Shown in pieces: positions 58,167 through 64,000 of a stretch of DNA of 64,000 nucleotides (position 1 is its first letter; every line of letters starts with the position of its first letter). Under the pieces are notes generated by a model, which worked only from the letters and a program-made list of their open reading frames with translations, was not told the DNA's origin and ran no database searches. The translations under genes were made by a program, and so were the position numbers. The stretch comes from an uncultured Gemmatimonadales bacterium. Lineage in GTDB: Bacteria > Gemmatimonadota > Gemmatimonadetes > Longimicrobiales > RSA9. Where the stretch lies: contig CAWFKH010000005.1 in the NCBI GenBank assembly GCA_963816355.1, forward strand, positions 340,074 through 404,073, given 5' to 3'.

Positions 58167-59552
58167 GTGACCGGATCGTCGCCGTCCTCGCCGTCCTCGC
58201 CGGACGCCGCCGCCGCCGGCAGCGCCGCCACGCGCGAAGAGCGCCTGCCCCGCCGCCTGGGCGTGTGGAGCGCCGCCGCCGTCCTCGTCGGCTCGACGAT
58301 CGGCAGCGGCATCTTCCGCGTCCCGAGCACCGTCGCGGGCGACGTCGGCACGGTCGGCGCGGCGGCGCTGCTCTGGGTCGTCGGCGGCGGCGTCGCCCTC
58401 TTCGGCGCGCTCACGATCGCCGAGCTCGCGACGCTCTTCCCGCGCTCCGGCGGCATCTTCGTCTACCTCAAGGAGGGCTACGGGGATCTGCCCGCCTTCC
58501 TCTTCGGCTGGACGGAGCTGCTGGTGATCCGGCCCTCCGCGTACGGCGCGATCGCGATGATCTTCGCCGAGTACCTGCAGACGTTCGTGCCGATGAGCGA
58601 CGTCGGGGTCCACCTCGTCGCCGCCGCCGCGATCGCGTTCGTCGCGGCCGCCAACTACCGCTCCGTCCTCTTCGGCGCCGCGATCGAGAACTCGACCACG
58701 CTCGCCAAGGTCCTCGCGCTCGTCGCGGTCGCGGTCCTCGCCTTCGCCTTCGGCGACCCGTCGCGCGGCGCGCTCGCCGGCGCGATCGCGTTCTCGCCCT
58801 CGAGCTGGTCCGGCTTCGGCGTCGCGCTCATCGCCGTGCTGTGGGCCTACGACGGCTGGGCCGACCTGACGTTCATGGCCGGCGAGGTGAAGGACCCGTC
58901 GAGGACGCTGCCGCGCGCGCTGCTCGGAGGCACGCTCGCGATCCTCGCCGTCTACCTCGTCGTCAACGCCGCCTACTTCTACGTGCTGCCGCTCGCCGAC
59001 ATGGCCGGCTCCCAGCTCGTCGCCGCCGACGCCGCCGTCCGCATCTTCGGCCAGGCCGGCGCCTCCGTCATCGCCGCGCTCGTCATGCTCTCCACCTTCG
59101 GCACGCTCAACGGATCGATGATGACCGGCCCCCGCATCCTGTGGGCGATGGCGGACGACGACCTGCTCTTCCGCCCCATCGCCGCCGTGCACCCGCGCTT
59201 CCGCACGCCGCACGTCGCGATCGCGCTCGCCGCCCTGCTCGGCATCGCCTACGTCTCGATCCGCAGCTTCGAGCAGCTCGCCGACGCCTTCATCCTCGGC
59301 ATCTGGCCCTTTTACGCGCTCGCCGTCGGCGCCGTCTTCCTCGTGCGCTCACGCCGACCGAACCTCGAACGGCCGTACCGCACCCTCGGCTACCCGGTCG
59401 TGCCGCTTGTCTTCCTCCTCGCCAGCGTGCTCATGCTGCTCAACGCGCTCTTTCGCCAGCCGCTCTCCACCGCCTTCGACTTCGCCGTCATCCTCGTCGG
59501 CATCCCCGTCTTCTACGGCTGGCGCGCGTGGCGCGCGCGCGGCGGGAGATAG
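58167..59552 (+). CDS. APC-family amino acid permease
   Basis: It has the motif GSGIFRVPSTVA and a 12-TM topology, 461 aa. Confidence 0.88.
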   Translation: MTGSSPSSPSSPDAAAAGSAATREERLPRRLGVWSAAAVLVGSTIGSGIFRVPSTVAGDVGTVGAAALLWVVGGGVALFGALTIAELATLFPRSGGIFVYLKEGYGDLPAFLFGWTELLVIRPSAYGAIAMIFAEYLQTFVPMSDVGVHLVAAAAIAFVAAANYRSVLFGAAIENSTTLAKVLALVAVAVLAFAFGDPSRGALAGAIAFSPSSWSGFGVALIAVLWAYDGWADLTFMAGEVKDPSRTLPRALLGGTLAILAVYLVVNAAYFYVLPLADMAGSQLVAADAAVRIFGQAGASVIAALVMLSTFGTLNGSMMTGPRILWAMADDDLLFRPIAAVHPRFRTPHVAIALAALLGIAYVSIRSFEQLADAFILGIWPFYALAVGAVFLVRSRRPNLERPYRTLGYPVVPLVFLLASVLMLLNALFRQPLSTAFDFAVILVGIPVFYGWRAWRARGGR

Positions 59553-59618
59553 CGGGCCCTCCCCCTCGTCGCGGCCCTGCGCCTCCTCGTCGCGGCCCTG
59601 CGCCTCCTCATCGCGCTC

Positions 59619-60053
59619 CTACTCTTCCTCCGGCCGCGGCCGCCCGCGCTTCCGCTTCAACTCCGCCCGCTTCTTCTTCTCCCGCAGCCGCTTCTCCTTC
59701 TCCCGGCGCGGAACCGCGGTCCGCTTCCGCTTGCGACGCGGCCGCAACGCGCGCTCGACGACGCCCCGCAGCCGCTCCATCGCCTCCACCCGGTTGCGGT
59801 GCTGGCTCCGATGCACCGCCGCCACGATGCGCAGCGTGCCCGCCGCGTCCAGCCGCTTCGCCAGCCGCTCCAGCAGCAGCACCCGCCACTCCTCCGGGAG
59901 CGCCCGCGACTCCGCCACGTTCCACAGCAGCTCCACGCGCGTCGCCGACGTGTTGACGTGCTGCCCCCCCGGCCCGCCCGCCCGCGTGGCCCGGAACTCC
60001 AGCTCCCCGCCCGGAATCGTCAGATCCTCCGAAACCACCAGATCGTCCGCCAT
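59619..60053 (-). CDS. arfB: alternative ribosome-rescue factor ArfB (peptidyl-tRNA hydrolase, GGQ)
   Basis: It carries GGPGGQHVNTSATRVEL and a Lys/Arg-rich C-terminal tail. The ATG at 60053 is in frame in ORF 59619..60314. Confidence 0.85.
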   Translation of the reverse strand: MADDLVVSEDLTIPGGELEFRATRAGGPGGQHVNTSATRVELLWNVAESRALPEEWRVLLLERLAKRLDAAGTLRIVAAVHRSQHRNRVEAMERLRGVVERALRPRRKRKRTAVPRREKEKRLREKKKRAELKRKRGRPRPEEE

Positions 60054-60054
60054 C

Positions 60055-60226
60055 TCCCCCGCCGTTCCTCCGTCCCCCAGACCCCCGTCCCCCAGACCCC
60101 CCCAGACCCCCCCCGTACCCCAGACCCCCCGCAGACCCCCTCCGCAGACCCCAGACCGCTCCCCTCCCACCCGTCCCTGTCCCCACCCCTGCCTCTCCAC
60201 CACCAACCCCCCTAAATTCCCCCCCC
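60055..60226. repeat. C-rich (minus-strand G-rich) tandem repeat block, right copy of the inverted-repeat pair
   Basis: It is the reverse complement of the 55668-55851 block. It lies in the divergent arfB/dinB intergenic region. Confidence 0.75.
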
Positions 60227-61447
60227 ATGCCCCGCCGCCTCCTCCTCGCCGACTGCGACGCCTTCTTCGTCCAGGTCGCCCGCCTGGCCGACCCCGACGG
60301 CGCCGGCCGCGCACCGCTGCTGCTGGTCGGCGGGCGTCCCGAGCGGCGCGGCGTCGTCACCTCCGCCTCGTACGAGGCGCGGCCGTACGGCGTGCGCTCC
60401 GGCATGCCCTCCGCCCGCGCGCTCCGCCTCTGCCCCGGCGCCACGCTCGTCCCCGTCCCGCGCGCCGAGTGCGTGCGGCGCAGCCGCATGGTGCGCGACG
60501 TCCTGGAGCGCCACGCGCCGGTGGTCGAACCCGCCTCGATCGACGAGTTCTACCTCGACCTGAGCGGCACGGAGCGGCTCTACCGTGACGAGCCGCTCGA
60601 GGCGACGTGCCACGCGATCCGGGAAGCGGTGCTCGCCGAAACGGAGATCTCGATCTCGATCGGCGCCGCCACGAACCGGCTCGTCGCCAAGCTCGCCGTC
60701 CGCCTCGCGAAGCCGGCCGGCGTCCACGTCGTCCCGCCCGGCGGCGAGGCCGACTTCATGCGCGGCCTCGAGCTGCGAGACATCCCGGGCGTCGGACCGC
60801 GCACGGCGGAGCGCCTCGCCCGCTTCGGCATGCGCGCCGTCGTCGACGCGCTGCCGCACGACGAGGACACGCTCGTCCGCTGGCTCGGCGCCCGCGAAGG
60901 CCGCTGGCTCTTCCGGCGCGTCCGCGGCATCGACGGCACGCCCGTCCGCCCGCGCGAACGCGCCCGCTCCATCTCGAGCGAGGAGACGTTCGCGCGCGAC
61001 ATCGAGGACGACGACGCGCTCCACCGCGCGCTGCTCTCGCTCGCCGCGCACGCCGCCGCCCGCATGCGGGACGAAGGGTTGTCCGCGCGCACGGTCACCG
61101 TCAAGCTGCGCGACCACGACTTCCGCACCCGCCTCGCCAGCCGCACCCTCGCCGGCCCCGTCCGCTCCGACCGCGCGATCCACGACGCCGCCCGCGCCCT
61201 GCTCGACCGCCTCCGCGCCGCCCGGCGCACGGGCGCGCGCCTGCTCGGCGTCGCGCTCTCCCACCTCGAAGGCGAGGCGGATGGCGGCGGCGCACAGCTC
61301 CCGCTCTTCGACGGCCACGCCCCCGCCGCCGAGAGCGAGCGCGACCGCTCCCTCACGCGCGCCGTCAATGCAGTGCGCGAGCGCTTCGGCGACGGCGCCG
61401 TCGTGCGCGGTGGAACGCTGGAACCCAGACGGGACGCGGACGGGTAG
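60227..61447 (+). CDS. dinB: DNA polymerase IV
   Basis: It begins LLADCDAFFVQVA and contains SIDEFYLDLSG, an HhH and a little-finger domain, 406 aa. Confidence 0.9.
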   Translation: MPRRLLLADCDAFFVQVARLADPDGAGRAPLLLVGGRPERRGVVTSASYEARPYGVRSGMPSARALRLCPGATLVPVPRAECVRRSRMVRDVLERHAPVVEPASIDEFYLDLSGTERLYRDEPLEATCHAIREAVLAETEISISIGAATNRLVAKLAVRLAKPAGVHVVPPGGEADFMRGLELRDIPGVGPRTAERLARFGMRAVVDALPHDEDTLVRWLGAREGRWLFRRVRGIDGTPVRPRERARSISSEETFARDIEDDDALHRALLSLAAHAAARMRDEGLSARTVTVKLRDHDFRTRLASRTLAGPVRSDRAIHDAARALLDRLRAARRTGARLLGVALSHLEGEADGGGAQLPLFDGHAPAAESERDRSLTRAVNAVRERFGDGAVVRGGTLEPRRDADG

Positions 61448-61455
61448 AGGCAGCC

Positions 61456-62817
61456 ATGCATCGACATCGCCGCCCGACCGCCGCCGGCATCCTCGCGGCC
61501 GCCGCCATCGCCGCCGCCGCCGCGTGCGCGCCGTCCGCCGCCGCCGCGCCGCGCACGCACGCGCCGCGCCCGCACGCGCTGCGCACCGTCGTCTTCATGC
61601 TCGACGGCGTGCCGTTCGCGCTGGTCGACTCGCTGCGCGACGCCGGCCGCTTCGCCGCCTTCAGCCGCCCCGCCCGCGTGGTCAGCAGCTTCCCCTCGAT
61701 CACCGGCGTCGCCTTCTCCGAAGAGTGGGACGACGCGCCGCCCCCCGGCTACGAGGACCTCTGGTTCGACGCGGCCTCGAACCGCGTGCGCGGCGGCCTG
61801 CTCGACCACGTGAGCGGCGGCGCGGAAACGCCGGCGTTCCACCGCCACGTCGACGCCGCGCTCGCCGGCTCCGCGGCCACGCTCGGCTATCTCGCACCCG
61901 AGATCCTCGCCGACGTCGAGCTCGCGCACATCCGCGACGCCATCCTCGAGCGCGCCGATCGCGACACCGCCGTCGTCGCCTACGTGATGGCGACCGACGC
62001 GCTCGGCCACCGCGCCGGCGCGGCCGGCGTGGCGCACGCGCTCGGCCGCGTCGACGCGCTCGTTGACGAGCTGCGCGCCCGCTTCCCGGGCCTCGAGGTG
62101 ATCCTCTTCTCCGACCACGGCAACGATTACCTGCCGTCCCGCCAGGCGCCCACCGCCGCGACGCTGCGCCGCGCCGCTTTCCGGCTCACGCGCCGGCTCG
62201 AGCGGCCGCGCGACGTCGTGCTGCCCCGCTTCGGCCTCGTCGGCGGCAGCTTCCTCTACTGCCGCCCCGCCGACGAACGCGCCGTCGCCTCGACGCTCGC
62301 GCGGCAGGAAGGCGTCGACGTCGCGCTCTATCAGGACGACGCCGGCCGCGTCCACGTCCTCGGGCGCCGCGGCGAAGCGCTCATCGAGCGGCGCGGCCGG
62401 GCGTACCGCTACGCGCCCGCCTCCGGCGACCCGCTCTCGCTCGCCCCCGCGCTCGCCGAGCTGCGCGCCGCCGGCCGCCTCGACCGCGACGGCTTCGCCG
62501 GCGACGACGCGTGGCTCGACGCGACCGTCGAAGGCCCCTTCGTCGACGCGCCACGCCGCATCGTGCACGCCTTCGACGGCGGCGTGCGCCACCCCGCAAA
62601 CGTCATCGTCAGCTACGCGCCCGGCTACTATCACGGCGACCCCGGCGCCGACCTGCTCGTCGACGTCGCCGGCACCCACGGCTCGCTGCGCACCCGCTCC
62701 TCGCTCGCGTTCTTCATGACGACCGGCGCCCCCCCGCCGCCGCTGCTCCGCGCCGCCGACGTCGCCGCGCTCCTGCCCGCTGCGGCGCGCGCGCCCGCCA
62801 GCCCGCAGGATCGTTGA
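61456..62817 (+). CDS. alkaline phosphatase family protein (type I phosphodiesterase/nucleotide pyrophosphatase-like)
   Basis: It has a signal peptide and motifs FMLDGVPF, ATDALGH and FSDHG. Confidence 0.75.
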   Translation: MHRHRRPTAAGILAAAAIAAAAACAPSAAAAPRTHAPRPHALRTVVFMLDGVPFALVDSLRDAGRFAAFSRPARVVSSFPSITGVAFSEEWDDAPPPGYEDLWFDAASNRVRGGLLDHVSGGAETPAFHRHVDAALAGSAATLGYLAPEILADVELAHIRDAILERADRDTAVVAYVMATDALGHRAGAAGVAHALGRVDALVDELRARFPGLEVILFSDHGNDYLPSRQAPTAATLRRAAFRLTRRLERPRDVVLPRFGLVGGSFLYCRPADERAVASTLARQEGVDVALYQDDAGRVHVLGRRGEALIERRGRAYRYAPASGDPLSLAPALAELRAAGRLDRDGFAGDDAWLDATVEGPFVDAPRRIVHAFDGGVRHPANVIVSYAPGYYHGDPGADLLVDVAGTHGSLRTRSSLAFFMTTGAPPPPLLRAADVAALLPAAARAPASPQDR

Positions 62818-64000
62818 GCCGGAACGGCGAAGCCGCGGCCCGCGCCGCGACGGGCGCCCGCGACGCCGCCGGCGCCGCCGCGGCGGACGTCGCAGCCGCC
62901 GAGCCCCGCGGCCGCTGGCGCGTGCTCGCGCTGCTGTGCGCCGCGGAGCTGCTCGGCATGTCGCTCTGGTTCACCGCCAGCGCCGTCGCGCCGCAGCTCG
63001 AACGCCTGTGGAGCCTTTCGCCCGGACAGGCGGCGTGGCTCACCACACTGGTCCAGCTCGGCTTCGTCACCGGCACCGCCCTCGCCGCGCTGCTCAACCT
63101 CGCCGACCTCGCCCCCGACCGCTTCTACTTCGCCGGCGCCGCCCTCCTCGGCGCCGCCGCCAACGCCGCGCTCCTCGTCGCCCCCGGCTACGCCACCGGC
63201 CTCGCCCTGCGCTTCCTCACCGGCTTCTTCCTCGCCGGCGTCTATCCGCCCGCCATGAAGATGGCCGCCACCTGGTTCCGCTCCGCGCGCGGCCTCGCCA
63301 TCGGCGCCATCGTCGGCGCGCTCACCATCGGCAAGGCGACGCCGTACCTCGTCCACGCCCTCGCCACCGCCGGCATCGCCTCCGTCGTCCTCACCGCGTC
63401 CGCGGGCGCCGTGCTCGCCGCCCTCGTCGTCGGCCTCACGTACCGCGACGGGCCACACGCGTTCGAACGCCGCGAGTTCTCCTGGGGCCTCGTCGGCACC
63501 GTGCTCCGCCACCGCGAGACGCGCCTCGCCATAGCCGGATACCTCGGCCACATGTGGGAGTTGTACGCCATGTGGGCGCTCGTGACGACGTTCCTCACCG
63601 ACTTCTTCGCCGCGCACGCCGACGGCGGCGCCGCGCCTCGCCAACCTCGTCGGGTTCTCCGTGATCGCGATCGGCGGCCTCGGCGCCGTCCTCGCCGGCG
63701 CGTGGGCCGACCGGCTCGGCCGCGAGCGCGTCACCATCTGGGCCATGGCCGTGAGCGGCGCCTGCTCCCTCGCCATCGGCTGGCTCCTCGCCGCGCCCGC
63801 CGCGATCGTCCTGCCCATCGCGCTCGTCTGGGGCTTCGCCATCGTCGCCGACTCCGCCCAGTTCAGCGCCGTCGTCACGGAGGTCGCGCCCAGGCACGCC
63901 GTCGGCACCGCGCTCACGCTGCAGACGTCGCTCGGCTTCGCCCTCACCGCGCTCGCGATCTGGCTCACGGTCGAGGTGTCCGGACGCTTCGGCTGGGGGC
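62814..64000 (+). CDS. MFS transporter (partial, continues beyond the window; apparent +1 frameshift near 63640)
   Basis: The TM-rich translation (LALLCAAELLGMSLWFTASAV...GFFLAGVYPPAMKMAATWF...) runs in frame 0 to about 63640. It continues in frame +1 (ANLVGFSVIAIGGLGAVLAGAWADRLGRERV...). The start is uncertain (TTG at 62814, GTG at about 62919 or ATG at about 62958). Confidence 0.55.
   Translation, partial: MSRNGEAAARAATGARDAAGAAAADVAAAEPRGRWRVLALLCAAELLGMSLWFTASAVAPQLERLWSLSPGQAAWLTTLVQLGFVTGTALAALLNLADLAPDRFYFAGAALLGAAANAALLVAPGYATGLALRFLTGFFLAGVYPPAMKMAATWFRSARGLAIGAIVGALTIGKATPYLVHALATAGIASVVLTASAGAVLAALVVGLTYRDGPHAFERREFSWGLVGTVLRHRETRLAIAGYLGHMWELYAMWALVTTFLTDFFAAHADGGAAPRQPRRVLRDRDRRPRRRPRRRVGRPARPRARHHLGHGRERRLLPRHRLAPRRARRDRPAHRARLGLRHRRRLRPVQRRRHGGRAQARRRHRAHAADVARLRPHRARDLAHGRGVRTLRLG

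Overview
This is a high-GC (about 70%) bacterial chromosomal window whose gene content and protein signatures are compatible with Gemmatimonadota-like organisms. Roughly 55 protein-coding genes read as ordinary housekeeping, envelope and transport functions. I found no rRNA, tRNA or CRISPR.

The recognisable genes, in order:
- a partial S9/DPP-IV-like peptidase at the window edge
- a DUF814 protein, an amidase, a prolyl oligopeptidase, msrB and a DUF559/AbiEi-like protein
- a tamA-tamB pair, with tamB frameshifted
- an MsbA-like ABC exporter, a SprT-like protease, a CPXCG protein and a PRC-type cytochrome c
- nitronate monooxygenase, a second S9 peptidase, a HExxH Zn-peptidase, a HAD hydrolase (frameshifted), a methyltransferase and a cyclophilin
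- an unusual membrane-anchored half-DEAD-box/RGG/cold-shock protein
- a four-helix-bundle (Avd/IVS-type) protein and saccharopine dehydrogenase
- an OMF-MFP-RND efflux operon
- LemA, NfeD and flotillin
- pterin dehydratase and a beta-CASP MBL hydrolase
- an ECF sigma / anti-sigma / LTXXQ / TolC / MacA / MacB-permease / lipoprotein operon
- kup and a large BNR/Asp-box protein
- TauE, a second LTXXQ protein, PAP2, an APC permease, arfB, dinB, an alkaline-phosphatase-family protein and a partial MFS transporter (frameshifted)

Most of the very long ORFs in the six-frame track, which are Arg/Ala/Gly-rich, are antisense or off-frame artefacts of the GC content.

The most interesting structure is a family of tandem hairpin repeats, with basic unit GGCGAG-GGAAG-CTCGCC and longer nested variants.
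- It occurs at four intergenic loci in the window.
- At 29.9-31.2 kb two arrays in inverted orientation bracket the four-helix-bundle gene exactly.
- At 43.7-44.3 kb the same two array types sit back to back with no gene between them, which looks like a cargo-less version of the same element.
- At 3.0-3.2 kb a single half-array is present.
- Stem positions show compensatory base changes.
- This looks like an undescribed MITE-like palindromic-array element that can carry a four-helix-bundle gene.

A second candidate is a pair of about 170-bp inverted repeats made of G-quadruplex-prone GGGTCTGGGG-type subunits. They share an identical 27-mer and bracket a 4.2-kb five-gene module at 55.7-60.2 kb.

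The 8.1-9.0 kb region is a 0.9-kb gene desert packed with three unrelated tandem-repeat families and a low-GC island that carries an intrinsic-terminator-like hairpin, which could be a small RNA.

Three genes (tamB, the HAD hydrolase and the MFS transporter) carry single-base frameshifts, and local codon phase did not reconcile with the ORF track around 43.6, 44.3 and 61.4 kb. Together these suggest indel errors in the assembly rather than real pseudogenes.

Coordinates of gene starts are mostly derived arithmetically from the ORF track and may be off by a few codons. Repeat boundaries are approximate.
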